From: Octopus vulgaris
Taxonomy: Eukaryota
Assembly (NCBI GenBank): GCA_951406725.2
Contig: OX597839.1
Location: 24,676,001-24,740,000 of the forward strand
Reading direction: 5' to 3'
DNA length: 64,000 nucleotides
A program made the translations under genes and the position numbers. Of the stretch, positions 38,480-50,344 are shown piece after piece. Every line of letters begins with the position of its first letter. Position 1 is the stretch's first letter. The notes under the pieces are model-generated. The model ran no database searches. It saw only the letters and a program-made list of their open reading frames with translations, and was not told the DNA's origin.

Positions 38480-39230
38480 CATACCACCACCACCACCACC
38501 ATCACTGCGACCACAACCACCACCATCACCACTACCACCACCATCACCACTACCACCACCATCACTGCGACCACAACCACCACCATCACCACTACCACCA
38601 CCATCACTGCGACCACAACCACTACCATCACCATCACCACCACCACCACCACCATCACTGCGACCACAACCACCACCACTACCACCACTGCGACCACAAC
38701 CACTACCATCACCACCACCACCACCATCACTGCGACCACAACCACTACCGTCACCACCACCACCACTACCACCACCACCATCATCACTGCGACCACAACC
38801 ACTACCACCACCACCACCACATCATCACTGCGACCACAACCACTACCACTACCAACACCACCACCACCCCCATCACTGCGACCACAACCACTACCACTAC
38901 CATCACCACCACCACCACCATCACTGCGACCACAACCACTACCATCACCACCACTACCACTACCACCACCATCACTGCGACCACAACCACTACCATCACC
39001 ACCACCACCACCACTGCGACCACAACCACTACCATCACCACCACCACCACTAGCACCACCATCACTGCGACCACAACCACTACCATCACCACCACCACCA
39101 CTACCATCACCACCACCACCACTAGCACCACCATCACTGCGACCACAACCACTACCATCACCACCACCACCACCACCACTGTCATCACTGCGACTACAGC
39201 TACCACCACTACTGCCATCATCACCACCAC
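38480..39230. repeat. Anchored minisatellite: 14 exact CACTGCGACCACAACCAC motifs separated by variable (CAC/TAC/CAT)n
   Basis: Counted by eye; one further degenerate copy near 39187. Confidence 0.9.
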
Positions 39231-39864
39231 CATCATTAAGATTAGCACAATTACCACCACCACCATCACTACCATCACTGTGACCCCTACCACCACCACC
39301 ACCTTCTTCATCCTCATCAGCATCCACACCCCACCCCATCTCTCCCTCTCTCTTCATCTTCAGCAGACATAAATACCAATATCACTCACAGTGCCACTGT
39401 ACCAACTAGTACCAGCCAACATCACTTATCTTGCTATCTGAACACCACCGCTACCATCCACACCACCACCACCACCACCACCACTACCAACAACAACTAC
39501 AACCACAATTGAGCTTGTATGTGGTCACTGTACATGCTAGAAATAACAACGGAAACCTCTCTCAGCTTTCTTAAATGAAGCTAGCTAAGAATACATTGTA
39601 AGATGCAGTGCTAGATGTACAAATTGTCTGAATTCAGATGGGATTGTCATAGCTGGAGAGCCTTTTTATTGTCATTCTGCTCAGTCACAGCTGACCTGGG
39701 ACTAAGCAATCAAACAAGTTCTACCAGCCCCCCACAACTACCCTCACCACAGAAAAACCAAGAGTATAAGGCCTGTGTTATTCTTATATGTATGTGTGTG
39801 TGTAAGTGTGTGCGTGAGTGAGTGTGTGTGTGTGTATATATATATATGTATATATATAAGTGCC

Positions 39865-40455
39865 ATCATGGCTGTGTGGTAAGAAGCTTGCTTCCCAACC
39901 ACATGGTTCGAGGTTCAGTCCCACTGCATGGCACCTTGGGCAAGTGTCTTCTACTATAGCCTCGAGCCGACCAAAGCCTTGTGAGTGGATTTCGTAGACG
40001 GAAACTGAAGAAGCCCATCGTATCAAAATGTGACCGTGTGTGTACCGTTGGCGATTTATTTTCCTCTGTCTTCCCTTCTCTGGATCTTTCCTTCTCTTAT
40101 GTTTCCAACAAAGAGCTCCACTCAAAACGTTAAACCCTCCTTCTTTCCTGAGTGTCCAAATAATACTATATTTGTCCCACGTCCTCGCGTTGTGTTTTTT
40201 CGTGCTTTCTTGTTTGGATTAACTATATATATATGTATGTATGTATGTGTGTGTATACGTTTGTGAGTCTGTCTGCCACCATCGCTTGACAACCGATGTT
40301 GGTGTGTTTACATCCCCTTAACTTAGTGGTTCAGCAAAAGAAACCGATAGAATAAGTACTAGGCTTACAAAGTCGTGAGGTCAATTTGCTCAACTAAAGG
40401 CGGTGCCCCAGGATGGCCACAGCCTAATGACTGAAACAAGTAAAAGAATAAAAGA
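39865..40455 (+). mobile_element. Family A SINE interrupted by a Penelope-like remnant (about 40030-40225)
   Basis: The insert is the reverse-complement homologue of 43972-44175. Confidence 0.75.
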
Positions 40456-40694
40456 ATACATATATATATAGGTGTGTGTGTGTGTGTGTACTTACTAGTA
40501 TGCATGTATCTGCTTGTGTGTTGAGTGCATGCGTACGTGTATGCATACATAGATTTCTACTATACAATCTAAATACGTTTTGGATATACACTTTTTTATA
40601 CCCAACCGTGTTGGCTTCCACATTGGTAATGTTTTATCCTATATATACGCATAAATGTAATCCGTTTCCCAAATAAACTGCACTTCATTTTCAA

Positions 40695-40762
40695 GGCTCT
40701 GATGAAGCAATAAGGTGTGACTCAGACACTGTGCATCTTTTTAGCAGAAACAGCTGTAAGCT
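40695..40762 (+). ncRNA. Hammerhead-ribozyme-like motif
   Basis: GGCT-CTGATGA-AGC..AAGGTGT/GCATCTT..GCA-GAAA-CAGCTG-TA-AGCT; palindromic helix III ACAGCTGT. Confidence 0.5.
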
Positions 40763-40849
40763 AATGGAGTGCAGAAAATAGTAGTTTATTCCTTCAACAT
40801 TTCAGAGTGCCAGCATCAACAATAAGATTGATATAGCTGGTAGGATTAG

Positions 40850-41915
40850 CTCCTGGATCCTAAGAACTTTCTAATCCAGAGAACAGAGAGTCACCATTCC
40901 TCTTTCTTCCTCATTTGTACAGCCGCACCTTGAATACTGCTTCCCCCTGTGGTCTCCCTATACAAAACAAAATGTTTCGGGTGTTCACTAAAAGATTTAA
41001 GGGCATGACTGCTCTCAATTACTGGGTCCACCTTAAAGCATTGGAAAACCCTGTTCTCTCCAGCGCTGCCATGTGTGATACATTATTTGCAGGATGTGGA
41101 GAATATACCACCAGCATTTCCCGAATGACCTCAACATTCGCTTTAAAACACATCCAAGGCTAGGACCACGGGCCATACGTCCCCTTCCCAATTCAGGATC
41201 ACAACACATAAATACACTGCAACAACATTTCTTTTTCTCAACAGGGTTCTGGCCTATTTAACTTTGTCCTGAAACAGATCGAATAGGAAAAGGATCCCAT
41301 CATCTTCAAATGGAATCTGGACAAATTTCTTCAAGGAGGAGTGACTGTGTGGTAAGTAGCTTGCCTGGGTTCAGTCCCACTACGTGGCACCTTGGGCAAG
41401 TGTCTTCTACTATAGCCTCAAGCCAACCAAAGCCTTGTGAGTAGATTTGGTAGATGGAAACTGAAAGAAGCCCGTCGTATATATATATATATATATATAC
41501 ATATATATATGTATGCATGTATATGTTTGTGTGTCTGTGTTTGTCCCTCCCAACATCGCTTGACAACCGATGCTGGTGTGTTTGCGTCCCCGTAACTTAG
41601 TGGTTCGGCAAAAAGAGACCGATAGAATAAGTACTAGGCTTACATAGAATAAGTCCTGGGATCGATTTGCTCGAATAAAGGCGGTGCTCCAGCATGGCCA
41701 CAGTCACGTGACTGAAACAAGTAAAAGAGAATACGAGATAAGCCACCTATACCTGGATACAACTCACTGAACGAGAACTCCCTTCTCAAATAGGCCATGA
41801 TATCACAAAACTTGGCTTAAAAAGGATTTAGATAATCCTATCAGGTGGTACTATTAAGTTAGACACTGCCTGGACCAATCTTTGGTCAAAACATATCTAA
41901 GTTATATATATATTA
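40850..41915 (+). mobile_element. Degenerate CR1-like LINE fragment interrupted by a family A SINE (41335-41730)
   Basis: LRTF..VQPHLEYCFPLWSPY matches the CR1 RPHLEYC..WSP motif; many stops and frameshifts. Confidence 0.7.
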
Positions 41916-42188
41916 GCTGGTGTATTAACTGGTGTTGTTCAAATGATGAATAGCTTTGCGGGAACCCTGGTACGCTTTGTTTTCAGACTTTATTATCATC
42001 TTATAATCATCTCATAATAATGACTTTTATGACTCTTATTATTACCTCAGTCCATCTAAATGTATATATTTGTCGTTACCTGTCATAGAAAGCCTTTTTT
42101 TATTTACAATGTGCATTTTTGTTGATTTTTCATATTTTACCCTTACATTTCCACGTGTATTTTATATTTTCTTTTTGTAACATATTTC

Positions 42189-42245
<57 letters not shown>

Positions 42246-42482
42246 GTGTATGAAGCCTTTGAAACATATGTAGAAAATAATAAAAAGGAATTTTGTTAAA
42301 TCTTTGTTCAGCTCCATTTCTTCATACACTAAATATATAAAACTTCAAATTTCCGCACTAAGGCACGGAGTTTAGGCCCCATGGTCGTAACCTCAACCGT
42401 GCTTTTTCTGTTGTGATTTTTGCTACCCAGGTATCGGTTATCATTTGAATTATCCGTAATAAGATAATTCATTTATCTACTT

Positions 42483-42527
<45 letters not shown>

Positions 42528-42725
42528 TAAATGTCAAATGAAAGCAATGAGTGCTCAACACCACATTGGTGGATAGAGTTTCTTTATTTATGCGTTGTAA
42601 GCTACCATTGGTTTCATGTTGAGAAAAATGGCTTAATATCTTAACAATTTTTCAAGCCAATCACATGGAGGAATAGTGTTTGTCTCCATTTTGGATAAAC
42701 ACACACACACACACACATATATATA

Positions 42726-42941
42726 CTCTTTACTCTTTTACTTGTTCAGTCATTTGACTGCAGCCATGCTGGAGCACCGCCTTTAGTCGAGCAACTCGAC
42801 CCTGGGACTTATTCTTTTGTAAGCCCAGTACTTATTCCATCGGTCTCTTTTGCCGAACCGCTAAGTAACGGGGACATAAACACACCAGCATCGATTGTCA
42901 AGCAATGCTAGGGGACAAACACAAACACACAAACAAACACA

Positions 42942-42985
<44 letters not shown>

Positions 42986-43118
42986 TACAATGGGCTTCTT
43001 GGCTTTGGTCGGGCCGAGGCTATAGTAGAAGACACTTGACCAAGGTGCCACGCAGTGGGACTGAACCCGGAACCATGTGGTTGGTAAACAAGCTACTTAC
43101 CACACAGCCACTCCTGCG
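42726..43118 (-). mobile_element. SINE family A with a small internal deletion
   Basis: Consensus match. Confidence 0.85.
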
Positions 43119-43122
43119 ATAC

Positions 43123-43172
<50 letters not shown>

Positions 43173-43235
43173 TTTTTTTAGAAAAACATAAATCCGGAGA
43201 AGAAGCAGACTCTAAGAAGTAGAGCAGTCTATATT

Positions 43236-43526
43236 TTATTACTGGGGAAGGCCGGTTTATAGGGTCACCCTGGGTTTCTTGCCATCCTACCTTTCACCCT
43301 CATAGCCGACAGGTGGCGTAGCTGAAGGAGGACAACACAGCCGAAAGCTGATGACCAGCAGCAAAGAGAGATAACCCCCATTGTTTATATCAGTATCGTT
43401 TCCCTCTTCATATTTTAAAGAGGTCATAGGCCAACAGGTCTTAGGGTCTGAAGATACACCATAAGAATACCCTTTACTGGCAAGAAACCCTGTGTAACCC
43501 CATAAACCAGCCTTCACCAGTAATAA
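43236..43526. mobile_element. Foldback/MITE-like element with 49-bp imperfect inverted repeats
   Basis: 43236-43284 versus 43478-43526, about 6 mismatches; lies between (TA)n tracts. Confidence 0.6.
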
Positions 43527-43554
43527 ATAAATACATATATGTGTGTATGTATGT

Positions 43555-43628
<74 letters not shown>

Positions 43629-43629
43629 C

Positions 43630-43958
43630 GTGGTGACCACCTTCGGTCAGACACTGGCCATGGGTTTGCACCTAGAGAGTTACCCTCTGAGGCACAAGTC
43701 TGGGCAAGGTTGTTTTATGGAAGACCAGCAGTCGCCCATGCATACCGGCCTCCCCTCTCCACGCCACCAGTGTTATCCAAGGGAAAGGCAATGGCCGATG
43801 CAGCTTGGCATCTGTGATGTCGCAACTCATTTCTACAGCTGAGTTAACTGGAGCAACGTGAAATAAAGTGTCTTGCTCACGAACACAACACGCAGCCCGG
43901 TCCGGGATTCGAGCTCACGACCTCACGATCGTAAGCTCGATGCTCTAACCATTAAGCC
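43630..43958 (-). mobile_element. SINE family E
   Basis: A box TGGCTTAATGG, B-box-like GCTCGAATCCC, GTGAGCAAGACACTTTATTTCACG. Confidence 0.75.
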
Positions 43959-43971
43959 ATATATATATATA

Positions 43972-44175
43972 AAGTTAATCCAAACATGAAAACACAAAGA
44001 GAAAACACAACAATGCAAGGACGTGGAACAAATATAGTATTATTGGACTCTCAGGAAGGAAGGGAAGAAGGAGGGTTTAACGTTTCGAGCGGAGCTCTTC
44101 GTTGGAAACATAGAAAAGGAAAGATCCCAAGAAGGGAAGACAGAGGAAAAAAAATCGCCAACGGTACACACGAGG
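43972..44175 (-). mobile_element. Probable Penelope-like terminal-repeat remnant
   Basis: Second copy at 40030-40225; carries the degenerate motif GTTT-CCAACGA-A-GAGC-TCC-GCTC-GAAA-CG-TT-AAAC (44075-44109). Confidence 0.5.
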
Positions 44176-44594
44176 TCTCATTCCTCATGAGCATTGATAA
44201 AAAATGGTTGAGAATGACTGATGTAAAGGATAGAAATGAATGTAAACAAGGTTAGTATGATTTTTGTGATGGTGATGATGGTAGTAGTGGTGGTAGGGCA
44301 GCAGAGGGTAGTGGTGGTGCTGGTGGTAATGGTGATGATAACGGTGGTAGTGGTGGCAGTGGTGCTGCTTGTGGTAATAGTGGTGATGGTGGCTGTTGTG
44401 CTGGCAGTGATGGTAATAGTGACGGTGGAGGTGGTGGTGGTAGTCATTGTAGTACTGATACCGGAGATGGTGGTGATGGTAGTGATGGTGGCAGTAGTGA
44501 TGGTGATGGAGGTAGCAGTGACTGCAGTAGGTAGTGATGGCCATAGGGTGGTGGTGGTGGTGGTGGTGGTGGTGGTGGTGGTGGTGGTGGTGGA

Positions 44595-44830
44595 TGTGAG
44601 AGCAATGTTAGTGTTGCAGTGGTGGTGTTAGTGGTGGCTGTTGTGGTGGTGGTGGTTCTGAGAGCAATGTTAGTGTTGCAGTGGTGGTGTTAGTGGTGGC
44701 TGTTGTGGTGGTGGTGGTGGTTGTGAGAGCAATGTTAGTGTTACAGTGGTGGTGTTAGTGGTGGCTGTTGTGGTGGTGGTGGTTGTGAGAGCAATGTTAG
44801 TGTTGCAGTGGTGGTGTTAGTGGTAGTAGT
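44595..44830. repeat. ~63-bp minisatellite, 4 copies
   Basis: TGAGAGCAATGTTAGTGTTGCAGTGGTGGTGTTAGTGGTGGCTGTTG(TGG)n. Confidence 0.9.
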
Positions 44831-45098
44831 GGTGGCTGTTGTTGTGATGGTGGTGGTTCACTGACACGATGTCACAATCGACTCCCAGCCCTAACTGCGC
44901 CACCTTCAAGCTGTCAGCAATCTCTCGTGTCATGTGACTGCACTTGGTGCAGTCTTGCACATTGAACGAGCATTTGATGCATCTCTACAAGTGAGTGTGC
45001 ATATCGGAAATTATATTGCATATTCACCTGCTGAAGTGGGTGGACGTGCGAGTGTGCACGTGCAAGTGTGTGTGCGTGTGTGTGTGTGTGTATGTGCG

Positions 45099-45146
<48 letters not shown>

Positions 45147-45209
45147 TGTGTTGAAATGAGGATGTGCATAAATAATTGAGTAAAATGAGTGTGGCAGGAG
45201 CTGAGAGGA

Positions 45210-45795
45210 GGATGGTGGTGGTGGTGGTGAGGGTGGTGAGGGTGATGATGGTGGTGGTGATAGTGATGAGGGTGATAATGGCAATGATGATGGTGATGAT
45301 TATGATGACGACGATAATAGAGATGATGATGCTGATGGTGATGATTATGGTAGTGGTGTTGGTGTGATGATGATGATAGCAGCAGCGGTGGAGGTGGTGA
45401 TGGTGGTGGTGGTAGTGGTGGTGGTTGTAGTGGTGGTAGTGGTGGTGGTGGTAGTAGTGGTGGTGGTGTGGTAGTGGTGGTGGTGGTAGTGGTGATGATG
45501 ATGGTAGTGGTGGTGATGATGGTAGTGGTGGTGGTAGTGGTGGTGGTGGTAGTGGTGATGATGATGGTAGTGGTGGTGGTGGTGATGATGGTAGTGGTGG
45601 TGGTAGTGGAGGTGGTGGTGGTGGTAGTGGTGGTGATGGTGGTGGTGGTGGTAGTGGTGGTGGTGGTAGTGGTGGTGGTGTTGGTAATGGTGGTGGTGGT
45701 GATGATGGTAGTGGTGGTAGTGGTGGTAGTAGTGGTGGTGGTAGATGTAGTGGTGGTAGTGGTGGTATAGTGGTGGTAGTGGTACTGGTGGTGAT
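45210..45795. repeat. (GGT/AGT/GAT)n tract
   Basis: Direct reading. Confidence 0.9.
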
Positions 45796-46216
45796 ACGTT
45801 TGATGATCGGAATAAGCAACAATTATGACAATGACGTGAAAGAGGATAAAGAAAAAAAGGGGGAGGGGAGAGGAAGGACGTGATTGGAGGAGGTGGATTA
45901 ATTAATTAATTACAAGATGGTTTAGATCGAGTTTCATTAGCGAGATAGACAAATAACATCACAAAAGATTTACTATTTATACATCAGTGTCAAAGATATA
46001 ACGAACCGCTTACGGCAAGGATCGTTAGCTGCCTGGCGCTAGTCATTATCTAAGGAAATCGTCAGCAAAATGTGGCCCTCACCAGCGATGGATTAACCAT
46101 TAAGCAAAATACGCAGGTGCTTAGGGCATGAAGGGAAGGAGGGAGCACCACAGAAATGGTAAATGGTTTAAGGCACAAAAGAAAATTACTTTAAACTTGC
46201 TATAATAAACCTTATT

Positions 46217-46677
46217 CTCGAAGGCGGCGAGCTGGCAGAAACGTTAGCACGCCAGGTGAAATGCGTAGCCGTATTTCGTCCGCCGTTACGTTCTGAGTTC
46301 AAATTCCGCCGAGGTCGACTTTGCCTTTCATCCTTTCGGGGTCGATTAACCCTTTAGTGTTTTAACCGGCCAAATCCAGCCCAATATATTCTACATGTTT
46401 TATATTCAAACTGGCGATATCTAGCCTCTCACTCCTAACCTACAATGCCATTCTGAAAATAAACAATCACATCATTGAAACCTCAAAGCTATAAGATAAT
46501 GCATGATTAATTCAAAACAATTTGAGTGAAAAAGTATTACATTTAACAGAGTAATCTGAACACTAAAGGGTTAAAGAAGTACCAGTTATGCACTGGGTCG
46601 ATGTAATCAACTTAATCCGTTTGTCTGTCCTTGTTTGTCCCCTCTGTGTTTAGCCCCTTGTGGGTAGTAAAGAAATA
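46217..46677 (+). mobile_element. SINE family B with 16-bp TSD
   Basis: TSD TATAATAAACCTTATT at 46201-46216 and 46678-46693. Confidence 0.9.
46350..46570 (+). mobile_element. piggyBac-type MITE-1 (221 bp)
   Basis: Perfect 12-bp TIR CCCTTTAGTGTT/AACACTAAAGGG; TTAA at 46346-46349 and 46571-46574. Confidence 0.9.
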
Positions 46678-46869
46678 TATAATAAACCTTATTGAGTGGT
46701 GAAAGAGGATCTTCAGACTGTTGGCCTCACAGAGGAGGCGCCAAGGCACCCAGACTTACAGCAGTTTGCTGCGCTTGAGAAGATATGTCAAGCTAAGTAG
46801 CACCATGGCTGTCCATGCAAACAGGTATATGTTCTCTAAGTCCCTCTCTCAGCTGAAAGACCCTCGTCT

Positions 46870-47180
46870 TGCGGGATCGTGAGTGCTGGTTTCACATAAA
46901 AGGGTCCATGCCATTATCATGTGAAAGCACCTGTGCTGGTCCCACCCAAAAGCACCCATGCCGGGACCACATAAAAGTGCTCGTGCCAGTGCCACGTGAA
47001 AAGCACCCAGTCCACTTTGTAAAGTGGTTCGTGTTAGAAAGAGCATCGAGTCATAGAAACCATGCCAGAACAGACAATGGAACCTGGGTGCAGCTCTCCA
47101 GCCTTGCCAGCTCCTGTCAAACCGTCCAACCCATGCCAGCATGGAGAATGGACGATAAATGATGATGATGATGATGATGA
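46870..47180 (+). mobile_element. SINE family C, diverged
   Basis: Family C core and (GAT)n tail. Confidence 0.7.
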
Positions 47181-47280
47181 TTGAGTGTGCCTTTCTGAAT
47201 GTAGACATTGCCTTTTGTATATTCTTAACATTAAGGGTCACAAATTGCTCAGCTGAGCATCCATTCTCTCAGTTGAAGTA

Positions 47281-47469
47281 CCCTATTTTAATGTGTATAA
47301 GGAACCCGTTTTTTTGTCAGAAATTAGGTGAAAAAAGTTTGGGAGTTTCTTATACATGGATAGTATTATGATCTCTTACAAAACCTTTTTCCCAAATTTT
47401 AAGCCCCCCCCCAAAAAAAATTAGGGGGTTCCTTATAAACAAGGGTTTCTTATACATGTTAAAATACGG
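47281..47469. mobile_element. pogo/Tc2-type MITE (189 bp, TA TSD)
   Basis: 27-bp TIRs CC(C/G)TATTTTAA..TGTATAAG.AACCC with TA on both sides; removing it restores the hAT reading frame (LKY-VKN). Confidence 0.85.
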
Positions 47470-47630
47470 TATGTTAAAAATCTCATCAGAACACTTATGC
47501 AATGAGGCAGGCTGGATGCCTTATCTCTGTTGAGTAAAGAAGCTGATGTGTTTTGTAAGATTAATTCTCAGGATCTGATCAAAGACTTTGCAATTTTTCA
47601 AAAAAATAAGAGAAAACTTTTCTAATATAA

Positions 47631-47995
47631 ACAAGAGCACTCAAAGAGCGCAAACCTCTGCCAAGGCAACCCCCAGCGTCCTCTCAATGATTAGCCAGAG
47701 ATGATCTTCAAAATGAGAAAATCTGAAATAAACTCGACTGCTCTCCCATACAAAACTAAACCTGGCTGCTCTGAAAAATTAAGTAAAAAAAGACAAGAAA
47801 AATAATCCAGAATCCTTGTCTGGCACAGGATCAATCCTAAAATCTAATCAGTTCGTGCCAGTCACGAGAACAAACATCCCTGAAAGTTTCATCTGAATCC
47901 ATCCAGCAGTTCTTGAGATATCTTGTCCATGGACAAACAAACAAACAAACACAACTGAAAACAATACCTCTGCCTTCGCTAAGGTGGAGGCAATA
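47631..47995. mobile_element. Non-autonomous Helentron-type element, second copy
   Basis: ACCTCTGCC near the left end is repeated in the terminal hairpin CCTCTGCCTT-CGCT-AAGGTGGAGG. Confidence 0.6.
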
Positions 47996-48492
47996 AAGAC
48001 GAAGTGTATAAAACACAAAAATAAACACTATTTTCCATCTTTCTGTTAGTTTTGCTTCATTTTGAAGCATAAAAAATTTTATTTTATGGTTTATTATTGT
48101 TTATATTTTGAATTACAAATATATAGGGGGGCACCAAGATTTTTGAAAAGCTTAGGGTCTCCGCAGATCTATCAGTCTCTTTTGCTGAACTGCTAAGTTA
48201 TGGGGATATAAACACACCAACACCAGTTGTTGAGCAGTGGTGGGGAGACAAACACCAATACACACACACAGATACATACACATACACACACATCTTTACA
48301 CAATAGGCTTCTTTCAGTTTCCACCTACCAAATCCACTCACAAGGCTTTGTTATCTTTTATTTTATGGTTTATTATTGTTTATATTTTGAATTACAAATA
48401 TATAGGGGGGCACCAAGATTTTTGAAAAGCTTAGGGCCTCCGCAGATCTTAATCTGGCCCTATAAACGAGTACCAGCTGAGTGAATGGGTGC

Positions 48493-48535
<43 letters not shown>

Positions 48536-48596
48536 CCAGCTGTTATACTCCATGCAAGCAAAATAGTAAATAAGGGACCCACAGCAATAATTTGAG

Positions 48597-49010
48597 TTTG
48601 CTTCCCAAACACATGGTTCTGGGTTCAGTCCCACTACAAGGCACCTTGGGTAATTGTCTTCTACTATAGTCTCAGGCTGACCAAAGCCTTGTGAGTGGAT
48701 TTGCTAGGCGGAAACTGAAAGAAGCCTATTGTGTAAAGATGTGTGTGTGTGTGCATGTATGTATGTGTATGTGTGTATGTTTATGTATGTGTGTGTATGT
48801 ATCGGTGTTTGTCTCCCCACCACTGCTCAACAACTGGTGTTGGTGTGTTTACATCCCCATAACTTAGCAGTTCAGCAAAAGAGACTGACAGAATAAGTAC
48901 CAGTTTTAAAAAAAAAGTACTTGGGTCAATTCATTCCACTAAAATGTTCTTAAGGGTGGTGCCCCAGCATGGCCACAGTCAAATGACTGAAACAAGTAAA
49001 GAATAAAAGA
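48597..49010 (+). mobile_element. SINE family A, older subfamily
   Basis: Diverged consensus match. Confidence 0.8.
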
Positions 49011-49474
49011 TAACACACACATACACACACACACACACTCTCTCCCTTTCCTTTCTTAACCTCCCCCCTCACACTTAGACCCTTTACTTTCTCGTCCCCC
49101 CCCCCTTACTTTTAACCCCCTCATCAATCCTTTAAAATACATTCCACCTATTTCTGACACACACTCTCCCTCTCATTTCTCTCCCTCTCTTTCTTTCTCT
49201 CTCTCACCACAACTAATCTCCCACCTCATCCACTCCGCCCATGCCCTCCCCCACTCACGAGAAAACACATTCCCAATTATATTGTTCCCACCGTTTTTAA
49301 ACAAATTCCCAAGAATTCATTTCCAAATTGGTCACATGACTTCCTTCAACAGCTGCATGCACATTTGCACTCTGACGCGAATGCGGCTGCACGTTGCTCT
49401 GCACTGATGCATGTGTTTGTTTATTTCACAGCATGAGCATGCATGCACACACACACACACACACACATACATAA

Positions 49475-50293
49475 CTATTTCTTTATTACTCACAAGGGGC
49501 TAAACACAGAGGGGACAAACAAGGACAGACATAGGTATTAAGTCGATTACATCGACCCCAGTGCGTAACTGGTACTTAATTTATCGACCCCGAAAGGATG
49601 AAAGGCAAAGTCGACCTCGGCGGAATTTGAACTCACAACGTAACGCAGACGAAATACCTATTTCTTTATTACCCACAAAGGGCTAAACACAGAGGGGACA
49701 AACAAGGACAGACATAGGTATTAAGTCGATTACATCGACCCCAGTGCGTAACAGGTACTTAATTTATCGACCCCGAAACAGTGCGTAACTGGTACTTAAT
49801 TTATCGACCCCGAAAGGATGAAAGGCAAAGTCGACCTCGGCGGAATTTGAACTCACAACGTAACGCAGACGAAATACCTATTTCTTTATTACCCACAAAG
49901 GGCTAAACACAGAGGGGACAAACAAGGACAGACATAGGTATTAAGTCGATTACATCGACCCCAGTGCGTAACAGGTACTTAATTTATCGACCCCGAAAGG
50001 ATGAAAGGCAAAGTCGACCTCGGCGGAATTTGAACTCACAACGTAACGGCAGACAAAATACCTATTTCTTTATTACCCACAAGGGGCTAAACACAGAGGG
50101 GACAAACAAGGACAGACATAGGTATTAAGTCGATTACATCGACCCCAGTGCGTAACTGGTACTTAATTTATCGACCCCGAAAGGATGAAAGGCAAAGTCG
50201 ACCTCGGCGGAATTTGAACTCACAACGTAACGCAGACGAAATACCGCTAAGCATTTCGCCCGGCGTGCTAATGATTCTGCCAGCTCGCTGCCT
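49475..50293 (-). mobile_element. Tandem tetramer of SINE family B
   Basis: Units start at 49475, 49658, 49878 and 50062 (183-184 bp; one carries a 37-bp duplication); only the last unit has the tRNA-like head. Confidence 0.9.
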
Positions 50294-50344
50294 TACATAC
50301 ACTCACACATACATACACTCACACACACACATACACGTATACAC

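Larger units (their letters stand above)
46083..48461 (+). mobile_element. hAT (Tip100-like) transposon fossil carrying many nested insertions
   Basis: hATC dimerisation domain IAFCIFLTLRVTNCSAEHPFSQLKY|VKNLIRTLMQ*GRLDALSLLSKEADV..DLIKDFA at about 47205-47592; degenerate termini CAGCGATGGATTAA and TTAATCTGGCCCT. Confidence 0.7.

Noticed and set aside
35362-39372. His-, Gly-, Pro- and Thr-rich ORFs suggesting beak, sucker-ring or mucin-like structural proteins
   Set aside because: Trinucleotide repeats open in most frames on both strands; a 1-bp slip near 38820 changes the repeat frame; no signal peptide or GHG/GGY-type modules
42595-42680. Minus-strand stem followed by GAAA-CCAATGG-TA, another hammerhead-like half
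   Set aside because: No recognisable CUGANGA box or helix I; too decayed to call
45014-45035. TATTGCAT resembles the miR-92 family 5' end
   Set aside because: The seed is ATTGCAT, not ATTGCAC, and the rest does not match; kept only as an unnamed hairpin
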